Shown one piece after another: positions 29,839-38,460 of a DNA stretch of 64,000 nt (its first letter is position 1; the number at the start of each line of letters is the position of its first letter). Position numbers and translations under genes: made by a program. Source of the DNA: an uncultured Bacilli bacterium (GTDB lineage Bacteria; Bacillota_I; Bacilli_A; RF39; UBA660); contig CANRDN010000006.1 of assembly GCA_947629375.1 (NCBI GenBank), positions 11,605 through 75,604 on the forward strand. The letters are read 5' to 3'. The notes under the pieces were generated by a model. It saw only the letters and a list, made by a program, of their open reading frames with translations. It did not search any database and was not told the origin of the DNA.

Positions 29839-32382
29839 TTACTTATCAATATTCTGTTTTAATTCATATAGAATGTTTAAGGCTTCAATTGGTGTTATTT
29901 CAAGAGGATTTATCTTTTTTAATTTATCTACAATTACATCTTCATTTTTATCATCTTCTGAGAAATCTAAAGGTAATTCAATTTGTTTAAAGTTATTCTC
30001 TTTTTTATTCTTTGTTTCATAAAAACTTAAAATCTCGTTAGCTCTATCTATTACTTCCTTAGGAAGATGAGCAAGACTTGCAACGTGAATTCCATAGCTT
30101 CTATCGACTGCTCCGTTTTTTACTTTATGTAAGAAAGTAATCTTTCCCTCTTCTTCTACAGCGCTTACGTGGACATTTTTAAGTTTCTTTAAATCGTGAG
30201 AAAGTGTTGTAAGTTCGTGATAGTGAGTTGAAAACATCGTCTTAGCGTTAATGTTATTATGAACATATTCAAGAATTGCTTGTGCAAGACTCATTCCGTC
30301 ATATGTAGCAGTACCTCTTCCTAATTCGTCAAATAAAATTAAGCTTCTATTAGTTGCTTCTCTTATCGCGTTGTTAGCTTCTTTCATTTCGACCATAAAA
30401 GTTGAATCTCCACTTACTAAATCATCACTTGCTCCAATTCTTGTAAAAATCTTATCAAATATTGGAATTGTACAGCTTTTAGCCGGAACAAAAGATCCAA
30501 TCTGAGCCATTATTATAATTATAGCAAGAGTCCTCATATAAGTTGATTTACCAGCCATATTAGGTCCTGTTATTAGTAAGACATCTGTATCTTCATCCAT
30601 TACTATATCGTTAGGTACAAACTCATCTTTAATGACTTTTTCAACTACCGGATGTCTTGCATCTTTAATATCTATTTTTCTTTTATCAATTAAGACTGGT
30701 CTTATAAAGTTATTTTCTTCACTTACTGTTGCAAAGGAAGTTAACATATCGATAAGAGCAATAGTCTTCGATGTTTCTTGAAGTTTATCGATATATGTTT
30801 TAACTTTATCTCTTATATCCATAAATAATTTGTATTCAAGATTGATAATTTTTTCTTCGGCTCCTAAAATTATGTTTTCTTTTTCTTTTAATAGAGGTGT
30901 TATAAATCTTTCACAGTTAACAAGAGTCTGTTTTCTTTCATAACCAAATTCTGGTTTAATAAGAGGTATATTTCCTTTACTTACTTCGATGAAGTAACCA
31001 AATACTTTGTTGTAACCAAGTTTAAGATTCTTAATACCAGTTCTTTCTCTTTCTTCTTGTTCAATTTTTAAAATAAAGTCCTTAGAGCCACTACTTATGT
31101 CCTTTAATTCATCCAATTCACTACTGTAACCTTTCTTAATAATTCCCCCTTCTTTAATAGAAATAGGAGGTTCTTCATTAATTGATGTTTCAAGTAGTTC
31201 GTATAACTCTTCAAAAGTATCAATAGACTTGTAGAAGTTTATTTCTTTAAGAATATTCTTTATTTGAGGTAATACCTTTAGACTTCTTTTAAGTTGCAAT
31301 AAGTCACGGGCATTCAAGTTACCATAACTTACTCTTCCAGATAGTCTTTCTAGGTCATATACTTCATTTAACGCTGTAATTAGATCATTTTTCAAAATAA
31401 ACTCAGTAAGTAGTGTTTCTACAGTCGTATATCTTCTTTCTATTTCTTCTTTGTTTGTTAAAGGATTTTCAATATTATATTTTAAAAGACGACTTCCCAT
31501 AGCTGTTTTCGTTTTATCAAGTAACCATAATAGTGAGTATGTTCTTTCTTTAAGTCTCAATGTCTCTGTAAGCTCTAGATTTCTTTTAGTATGATTATCG
31601 AAAAGTAAAAACTCATCTAGGTTTACGATACTTGCTTTTTGTAAGTGAGACATATCTCCTTTTTTTGTATCTAAAATGTAGGAAAGTAAATGATTAACTA
31701 CCGTAGTCATTCTTATATCTTTTAAGTCTTCTGTAATATATTTATAGTCATCTTCTTTATAGATATCATCTCTTATCGTTGTAAGTATTCCATAGTTGTT
31801 TTTTAAAATATAGATTATTTCTCTATCGACTTTATCGTTTACAATTACTTCTTTGATGTTTCGATTAATTATTTCTCTTACTACTTTATCTTTGTCGTGA
31901 TCAAGCATTAAAACATAGAAGTATCCCGTTGTGATATCTGCGTAACTTATTCCATAAGAGTATTCAAAATCATAGATATTTCCAATATAGTTAGAATCTT
32001 TTTCTGAAAGTGTATTATCAATTATGGTTCCCTTAGTTACTACTTGAATTACATCTCTATCGACCATTCCTTTGGTTTCTTTAGGATCCTGTAGCTGTTC
32101 ACATATAGCAACTTTATAACCTTTGTCTACTAGTTTTTCAAGGTACTGAAGATAGGCGTGATGTGGAATACCACACATTGGAACTCTTTCGTCAAGCCCT
32201 GCATTTCTTCCTGTAAGAGCAAGTTCAAGTTCACGAGAACATAATATTGCATCTTCAAAAAACATCTCATAGAAGTCCCCAAGACGATAGAAAATAATCG
32301 TATCATTATATTTTTCTTTTATTTCAAGATATTTTGCCATCATTGGACTTATTTTTGTTAAATCAACTTCACTACGCTTCAT
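29839..32382 (-). CDS. mutS: DNA mismatch repair protein MutS
   Basis: MMAKYLEIK.., Walker A GPNMAGKST, STFMVEM, DELGRGT; 847 aa. Confidence 0.97.
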   Translation of the reverse strand: MKRSEVDLTKISPMMAKYLEIKEKYNDTIIFYRLGDFYEMFFEDAILCSRELELALTGRNAGLDERVPMCGIPHHAYLQYLEKLVDKGYKVAICEQLQDPKETKGMVDRDVIQVVTKGTIIDNTLSEKDSNYIGNIYDFEYSYGISYADITTGYFYVLMLDHDKDKVVREIINRNIKEVIVNDKVDREIIYILKNNYGILTTIRDDIYKEDDYKYITEDLKDIRMTTVVNHLLSYILDTKKGDMSHLQKASIVNLDEFLLFDNHTKRNLELTETLRLKERTYSLLWLLDKTKTAMGSRLLKYNIENPLTNKEEIERRYTTVETLLTEFILKNDLITALNEVYDLERLSGRVSYGNLNARDLLQLKRSLKVLPQIKNILKEINFYKSIDTFEELYELLETSINEEPPISIKEGGIIKKGYSSELDELKDISSGSKDFILKIEQEERERTGIKNLKLGYNKVFGYFIEVSKGNIPLIKPEFGYERKQTLVNCERFITPLLKEKENIILGAEEKIINLEYKLFMDIRDKVKTYIDKLQETSKTIALIDMLTSFATVSEENNFIRPVLIDKRKIDIKDARHPVVEKVIKDEFVPNDIVMDEDTDVLLITGPNMAGKSTYMRTLAIIIIMAQIGSFVPAKSCTIPIFDKIFTRIGASDDLVSGDSTFMVEMKEANNAIREATNRSLILFDELGRGTATYDGMSLAQAILEYVHNNINAKTMFSTHYHELTTLSHDLKKLKNVHVSAVEEEGKITFLHKVKNGAVDRSYGIHVASLAHLPKEVIDRANEILSFYETKNKKENNFKQIELPLDFSEDDKNEDVIVDKLKKINPLEITPIEALNILYELKQNIDK

Positions 32383-32451
32383 TTTTTCACCTACAAAATT
32401 TCTTTTTACTCGTAAGATTTATTATAACATAATGCGTTAAAAAAAGAAGGA

Positions 32452-33900
32452 TTAATTTCCTTCTTCTAAGTTAAATATTTCTCTTAATTCTGAAAGACTA
32501 TCAGATATTAAATTTCTATTTTCTTCAGTTTTATCACTAGCCATCAATGTCTCTAGATGAGCAACTTTCTTAATTTCAGAATGAATCTTATCTATTTCTT
32601 GTTGATATGTTTCACTCTTTTCTTTATCATAGAATAACTTTTTAGAGAAACCAGCATCTAGACAGAACTTATCATAATCTATTTTAAAGAATTGACACTC
32701 GTTCTTTATTCTAATTCTAAAAGCCTTTTCTATAGCTCTATCCTTTAATATTAATGTTTGAGTTAAGTTTCTCATACCGCTCATAATTGTAGAAACTTTA
32801 ATATTAATTGAGTGATTTTCATTAAGTTTTAAAGTTATTTCTTCATCGCCAGGTTTTAAGAATAATCTTTGATTTAAGATTTCTTTTATATTCAAAGATA
32901 ATTTTTCTTTAACATAATTTCTTAGTCTAAATAGGTCTTCGCTATTAGCAAGCATAAAGAATTCTTTTTTTGTTTTAACACTTTTATCTACAAGTTTATC
33001 TACTTCTTTTTCTGTAATATAAGTACATAGATAATCAAGAACATTCATTCTTCCATCTTTATAAGATACCAAGATATTCATATGTCTCATTATATAGTCA
33101 TAGATAACACTGTCGACTGATTTAAAGAAGATTAAACTTCTTTCTCTTAAGTACTGATAAGTATTGTAATAATCTTTACTTCTTATAGAGATTAAATCAT
33201 TAATACGACCAGATAATAAATCCATATCATCGAAAAAATATGTATAATTCTCTTTCTTTAAAATATTTAGAATTGTTTCGTTTTTTCTAAAGTTTTCAAT
33301 CGTCGTATAAAAAGATACTGAAATTTTTTCACCATATTCATTGTATTTAATATAGTATGGTAATTCTTGTGATATGCACTCATTAATATAAGTCTTTAAT
33401 ATTTTATATAATTTTGAAGCATCTATATTTACTGATAATACAGTATTATATGTAACATTCTTTTTTACATTTAAATCTGAATAAATTATTACTTTATGAT
33501 TGAAATCATCGAATAAATCAGAAAAGTATTTATTTATTTTAGAATCTGTTAAAACCTGTTCAAGTTCAGTGTATGTTTTAATACTATCAAGTTCTCTAAC
33601 GCTCTTAATTACATCATAGATATCATAATCATACTCTTTTTCTTCGATTAAAGTTCTTAATTCTTCCTCTGGAATACTTAATATCTTCTTTTTCCAAATT
33701 GACCACATAACAAGACAAAATGTCTTCTTATCTTCAACATCGTAATAAATTTCTTCTTTTACTTTATCTTTGTTTGTTACTTGGGTATAAAAATCTTCAT
33801 AATCACGAGAAGTAGAATATATATTAAGTAACTTATTCCACTTTGCTCTATCGTCCATTGGATTTTCAATTCGAAAGTATAAATCCTTTAATTCATCCAT
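32452..33900 (-). CDS. Hypothetical cytosolic protein (482 aa)
   Basis: Long ORF with no TM segment and no motif I can assign. Confidence 0.5.
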   Translation of the reverse strand: MDELKDLYFRIENPMDDRAKWNKLLNIYSTSRDYEDFYTQVTNKDKVKEEIYYDVEDKKTFCLVMWSIWKKKILSIPEEELRTLIEEKEYDYDIYDVIKSVRELDSIKTYTELEQVLTDSKINKYFSDLFDDFNHKVIIYSDLNVKKNVTYNTVLSVNIDASKLYKILKTYINECISQELPYYIKYNEYGEKISVSFYTTIENFRKNETILNILKKENYTYFFDDMDLLSGRINDLISIRSKDYYNTYQYLRERSLIFFKSVDSVIYDYIMRHMNILVSYKDGRMNVLDYLCTYITEKEVDKLVDKSVKTKKEFFMLANSEDLFRLRNYVKEKLSLNIKEILNQRLFLKPGDEEITLKLNENHSINIKVSTIMSGMRNLTQTLILKDRAIEKAFRIRIKNECQFFKIDYDKFCLDAGFSKKLFYDKEKSETYQQEIDKIHSEIKKVAHLETLMASDKTEENRNLISDSLSELREIFNLEEGN

Positions 33901-33966
33901 ATTCTATTCCCCTTCTTATTATAAATATATAATATCATTTCTCCATTTATAAATCAATTATTCTTT

Positions 33967-35025
33967 TTATTTTTTATAATTTTTTAAATAATTTATTGCG
34001 TCATCAAAAGAATCTATTTTAACAATTTCGATATCGTATCCTCTATCTTTTTTTATTTTTATAGCTTCTTCGTAGTTTTCACCACTCGGTACGAAAAATA
34101 TGTCAGCATCATCACTTTCAGCACCAGTTAGTTTGTATTTAACGCCACCAATTTGTTCAAGACTTCCATCAAGATTTATTCCACCCGTTCCAGCAATTTT
34201 TAAGCCATTAGTTAGATCTTCTTCGATTAAAGAATCGTAAATTGCAAGTGTTGTCATAAGTCCAGCACTTGATCCACTTTCTGATGGAGCAAACTTAAAA
34301 GTAATATTAGGAGTTACATCTAAATCATAAATTGTGACGAAAGATAACCCAATAACTCTAGCATTATTTTCTTCATTTACTTTAACATTGGTAGTATATG
34401 TTTGTTCTCCTCTTTTAAATTTAAGTTTTACGGTATCGTTTCCTGCTTTTTTCAAGATTACTTCTCTTAACGTATTTACATCTTCAATTGTTGTATCATC
34501 AGCTTCTAATAAGATATCGCCAATCTTTATTTCTTTATCACTATCTAAAACATCAAAAAGAGCATATACATAAATTTTCTTTCCATTTTCTACTATTTCT
34601 TTACCAGCTCTTGAGTATGCAAGAAGAACTGCTGTTTGATTAGCATTTGTAAGACTTAATTGATCTCTTATAGCAATTTGCTCTATGTCTTCTTTTTCAC
34701 TTATCTGATAACTTTCTACTTTTTCTCTTTCCCAATCAGGAACTATGTAAGATAAAAGATAAGTTAAAACATTTCCTTTAATTTCATTGACATAAGAAAG
34801 ATTATAACTTCCCTCTTGCTTATATCCATCTTCTACTTCGAATCTATCAGATAAATCTGTAATACCACCTGATACAAAAACATAATATGGTAAAGGATAG
34901 TTTATGATTAGAATAAAAATTATAAAGAAGATTAAAGTCTTATAATTTTCTCTTATAAACCATAAAAATTTCTCAAATATACTTGTTTTATTATTAATTT
35001 TTTTCTCATTTTTTTCTTTAGTCAT
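33967..35025 (-). CDS. YlbL/SepM-like PDZ plus Lon-protease-domain (S16) membrane protein
   Basis: N-terminal TM, a PDZ-like IGDILLEADDTTI, and a Lon C-terminal catalytic region PSESGSSAGLMTTLAIYD ... GTGGINLDG. Confidence 0.75.
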   Translation of the reverse strand: MTKEKNEKKINNKTSIFEKFLWFIRENYKTLIFFIIFILIINYPLPYYVFVSGGITDLSDRFEVEDGYKQEGSYNLSYVNEIKGNVLTYLLSYIVPDWEREKVESYQISEKEDIEQIAIRDQLSLTNANQTAVLLAYSRAGKEIVENGKKIYVYALFDVLDSDKEIKIGDILLEADDTTIEDVNTLREVILKKAGNDTVKLKFKRGEQTYTTNVKVNEENNARVIGLSFVTIYDLDVTPNITFKFAPSESGSSAGLMTTLAIYDSLIEEDLTNGLKIAGTGGINLDGSLEQIGGVKYKLTGAESDDADIFFVPSGENYEEAIKIKKDRGYDIEIVKIDSFDDAINYLKNYKK

Positions 35026-35057
35026 AAATTCACTCCTTAATAATTATATCAGAAAGA

Positions 35058-36011
35058 TTGAAACATATGAAAAATAATTTATTATTTTTTTTAGTAAATA
35101 TTATCTTATTTTATCTTTTTATTTTTATATTTCTTTATTCTAGTAATGTTAAAGAAAATATTTTGTATGCTTTTGATGTATGGACTAATACTTTAATACC
35201 TAGTATCTTTCCATTTATTATTATATCAAATTTATTAATTAATTATGGCTTTATTGATATATTAAGTCTTTTTTTAGGTCGCTTTGTAGAGTTTATCTTT
35301 AATCTTCCTAAAGAAGCAACATACGCGGTCATCATTTCTTTTTTTACAGGATTCCCAACAGGAAGTAAATATGTAAGAGACTTACTCGACAAAGGAATGA
35401 TATCAAAAGAGGATGCGAACCACTTAATAATGTTTACTAATTACTCTAATCCTCTTTTTGTGGTGTCCGGTATTGGCGAAGGAATGCTCAAAAGTAAAAC
35501 GCTTGGAATAATAATTTTGATAATGCATATTATTTCAGGTTTACTTGTCGGTTTTATCTTTAAAAAGAAAAGAAAAGTAGTAAATTATAAATCTAATAAA
35601 AGATACCAAGAGAGCTTTATAAAAGTCTTAACAGAATCCATCAATAATGGTTTTAGAATTCTTATAAATATGCTAGGTATTATTATTTTCTTTTTAATTG
35701 TAATCTCTATAATCGATAAACTTCTACCTAATAATATTATAACAGCAATTCTTAAAGGAATCATAGAAATTACGATAGGAATAAATAATATTGCTAGAAT
35801 GAACATAAATATTACTTTGAAAGCATCTCTTATTGGTTTTATTATCTCTTTTAGTGGAATAAGCGTTCATTTCCAAACAAAAAGCATAATAGAAAATTCG
35901 CAAATTAAGTATAAGAATTATTTAATTGCTAGAATTTTTCACGCTATATTATGCTTCTCTTTAACATATTTATCTATTAGTTTGTTAAATAAGTTTTACT
36001 TACTTCAATAA
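35058..36011 (+). CDS. ylbJ: YlbJ-like sporulation integral membrane protein (nucleoside-recognition domain)
   Basis: 317-aa polytopic protein; VWTNTLIPSIFPFIIISNLL and FTGFPTGSKY resemble YlbJ. The start could be ATG 35067 instead of TTG 35058. Confidence 0.55.
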   Translation: MKHMKNNLLFFLVNIILFYLFIFIFLYSSNVKENILYAFDVWTNTLIPSIFPFIIISNLLINYGFIDILSLFLGRFVEFIFNLPKEATYAVIISFFTGFPTGSKYVRDLLDKGMISKEDANHLIMFTNYSNPLFVVSGIGEGMLKSKTLGIIILIMHIISGLLVGFIFKKKRKVVNYKSNKRYQESFIKVLTESINNGFRILINMLGIIIFFLIVISIIDKLLPNNIITAILKGIIEITIGINNIARMNINITLKASLIGFIISFSGISVHFQTKSIIENSQIKYKNYLIARIFHAILCFSLTYLSISLLNKFYLLQ

Positions 36012-37104
36012 CAGGTCTTAAAGCGTAAGTTGAATCGACGAATGTATCAGTAAGAGTTCTTGATGATCCATTTACAAACCATACTTTCTTTCCTTTACTG
36101 CTTTCATCTGAAACAAGTTTTTCGGACATCGTCCAGTAGTTGCTACTTACAAGCCAATCTGGTGCTCGTGATAGGCTTACTGCTGGAGCATCAATTCCTC
36201 TATATTTTGGACAAGTTGCTATTATATAACCTACTTCTTCTGATGATATTAATCTAACAGTATTTACATTGGTCCAAGTATAGTATATAGCATTTACATA
36301 ACTTTTAATTGAACTTGAATCAAAAACATTACCTGCGTTTCTTACTGAATTAAACTGAACGGCATTAAGTACTAAAGAAGAATCATAACTATCATCGTAA
36401 AGCAATACCGCATTACCATTATAACCATTGGTATTTTGAATAACTCTAAAGTACTTTTGGGTTGTGGCGTTAAGTTGAACTCCTACTCTATCTCCAATAT
36501 TATAAGCTTTATATGGTGCTGCCGTAGTATTTAAATTTTGTGAACCAACGGCAACAATGGAAATATCCATATCTGTTTCCAAGTCGACGTGAGCTAAGCT
36601 TACACGAATTTTATAAAGTGGTGTATTTGTCTCTAATCCATCTGATACGCTTGTAGATTCAAGCATAAAATCACTTCTTACGATTACATTTGCTGCATCA
36701 GGTATTTCATATTTTCTACCACCATAAGATATGTATGGAATTGTATAGAAGAAGTCATCAAAAGAACCATCATCATTTTCAAATCTATCTACTTTTGAAT
36801 CTTGCTTTACTTCAAAATTCTTAGTAGTTCCATTATCAAATCTTAATGTAATACATTTAGCAATTCTATTTCCATTGGAAGGATTTGTACAATAATCGAT
36901 GGAATTAAGTCCAAGTCTTTGAATATCTTGTTCGATATCAATCATCAATAGTGATTTAAAATCAAGTAATTGAGTTTCGATAGATGTATCCATCTGCTTA
37001 TCACGATAGTTAAGTACTACTGCAAATAAAGATATAGCAAGGATACTTGTAAAGACGAAACTAACTATTAATTCTACAACAGTAAATCCCTTTTTATTTA
37101 ACAC
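35977..37104 (-). CDS. Large prepilin-type N-terminal domain protein (pseudopilin/minor pilin-like, 375 aa)
   Basis: MLNKKG|FTVVELIVSFVFTSILAISLF is a class III signal with G-1, F+1 and E+5, followed by a large globular C-terminal region. Its 3' end overlaps the ylbJ 3' end by 35 nt. Confidence 0.7.
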   Translation of the reverse strand: MLNKKGFTVVELIVSFVFTSILAISLFAVVLNYRDKQMDTSIETQLLDFKSLLMIDIEQDIQRLGLNSIDYCTNPSNGNRIAKCITLRFDNGTTKNFEVKQDSKVDRFENDDGSFDDFFYTIPYISYGGRKYEIPDAANVIVRSDFMLESTSVSDGLETNTPLYKIRVSLAHVDLETDMDISIVAVGSQNLNTTAAPYKAYNIGDRVGVQLNATTQKYFRVIQNTNGYNGNAVLLYDDSYDSSLVLNAVQFNSVRNAGNVFDSSSIKSYVNAIYYTWTNVNTVRLISSEEVGYIIATCPKYRGIDAPAVSLSRAPDWLVSSNYWTMSEKLVSDESSKGKKVWFVNGSSRTLTDTFVDSTYALRPVIEVSKTYLTN

Positions 37105-37646
37105 GTTGCACCTCCTGGAGCTCCATCAAGTAGTAACTCGATATTGACAACTCTTCCATCGTTAAAGGAAATTATTAATCTTCTTTCATAATTATATTGA
37201 GTTGGAGATAATCCCGTATTGTTATATCTTTGCATCTGTTCAATATATTCACGAAGAGCTCTATTAAATCCTTTACTTCTCTTTACAAAATCATCACTTA
37301 TAACATAATTAGTAATAATAATTTTAGAGACATCTAAGTAATCTCTCGATAAAAGTTTCCTACAATAATTGACATTAGAAACATAAAGACAAATATCTGT
37401 TCCTTCAAACAAATAATAACCTTCTGATGGTAATGTAACTAAATTAGTAACTCTCTGTTCATCACTTTTTAAAATCATTTTTCTGATCATATGAGCATCA
37501 TAAATGCTTTCGATAGAATCATAGTTTCTTACTTTTTCGTATTCACCTACTAAAGGTAAAATGTTAGCAACCATAAAGGTAAAAAGGCCTAATACAAAGA
37601 CAGAAACAACAATTGATTCTACTAAGACAAACCCCTTATTGTTCAT
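37098..37646 (-). CDS. Prepilin-type N-terminal domain protein (pseudopilin-like, 182 aa)
   Basis: MNNKG|FVLVESIVVSVFVLGLFTF with E+5. Overlaps the downstream pilin gene by 7 nt. Confidence 0.7.
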   Translation of the reverse strand: MNNKGFVLVESIVVSVFVLGLFTFMVANILPLVGEYEKVRNYDSIESIYDAHMIRKMILKSDEQRVTNLVTLPSEGYYLFEGTDICLYVSNVNYCRKLLSRDYLDVSKIIITNYVISDDFVKRSKGFNRALREYIEQMQRYNNTGLSPTQYNYERRLIISFNDGRVVNIELLLDGAPGGATC

Positions 37647-37777
37647 AGAACACCTCTTTCTAATGTATATATCATATTAATTATATAATAAATTATAAAT
37701 AAGTTCCACTAAAATTTAAAAATTAAATTGATTTACTTTTCTTATTTATAAGGAATTTTCTAAAAAGTAATTTTTTA

Positions 37778-37806
37778 TTGACTAAAACATACGTTTGAAT
37801 TATAAT
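37778..37806 (+). promoter_or_regulatory. Sigma-A promoter in front of the tnpB remnant
   Basis: TTGACT (37778..37783), 17 nt spacer, TATAAT (37801..37806); RBS tagggggt before ATG 37829. Confidence 0.6.
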
Positions 37807-37828
37807 GTAATTGTTAGGGGGTAATAAA

Positions 37829-38264
37829 ATGTTAATTAATAAAGCATATGTATTTAGATTATATCCAACAGAAGAACAAAAAGAATTAATTAATAAGTGT
37901 ATTGGTTGTAGTCGATTTGTCTATAATTACTATTTAAATAAAAAAGAATTGATGTATAAAAATAATGAAATATTAACTTTAAACGATATGAAAAAAGATA
38001 TACCCTTTTTATCAAAAGAAAAAGAATGGTTAAAGGAAGTAGATAGTTCTTGTTTAAGAACATCACTAGATGATTTAGATAGATACATATTATCCAAGTA
38101 GTCAGATATGTAGTATATGTGGAAATAGAAAGAAAGAACTAAAAGATTTAAGAATAAGAAGTTTCGTATGCGAAGAATGTAAAAATGAGATGGATAGAGA
38201 TATAAATGCAAGTATAAATATATTAACAGAAGGAATTAGAAAATATATAGGACAAATGGTTTAA
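37829..38264 (+). pseudogene. tnpB: tnpB (IS605 OrfB / RNA-guided nuclease) with large internal deletion and frameshift
   Basis: The N-terminus MLINKAYVFRLYPTEEQKELINKCIGCSRFVYNYYL...EVDSSCLRTSLDDLD matches the OrfB N-terminal HTH region. At about 38080 the frame shifts into ..DTYYPSSQICSICGNRKKELKDLRIRSFVCEECKNEMDRDINASINIL.., which is the zinc finger plus RuvC-III. The roughly 250-aa middle portion carrying RuvC-I/II is absent. Confidence 0.8.
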
Positions 38265-38390
38265 AAATAAATAAAAAAATATAGGTACGGTAGCGACTAT
38301 CGGAAATTGGTCTCTGGAGGGTAGAGTTATCCTATGAAGGAGAAAAACCAAACTGTGAAGTTTGGATGTGATTTATTTATAAATCACTTT
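38265..38390 (+). ncRNA. omega-RNA-like scaffold / right-end structured region of the IS remnant
   Basis: Locally GC-richer ggtacggtagcgactatcggaaattggtctctggag... (reads GTVATIGNWSLE, resembling the GT.G.AG..ACGE pseudo-translation often seen 3' of tnpB). Hairpin ccaaact-gtga-agtttgg at 38348..38365 and a 9-bp hairpin gtgatttat..ataaatcac at 38368..38387. Confidence 0.4.
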
Positions 38391-38460
38391 GTTCTATTGA
38401 TTAAAGAAAAAAGTTATTATATAATATTAGTGTTATTATAGAAAATAAGGGGCAGATGAT

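Larger units (their letters stand above)
37778..38390 (+). mobile_element. Degenerate IS200/IS605-family (tnpB-only, IS1341-like) element remnant
   Basis: Contains a consensus promoter, the internally deleted tnpB, and a GC-richer structured tail. The element ends were not defined. Confidence 0.6.

Noticed and set aside
37930-38211. Tracked 93-aa minus-strand ORF opposite the tnpB remnant.
   Set aside because: It is antisense to clear TnpB-homologous sequence, has low-complexity F/L/S/Y composition and lacks an RBS.
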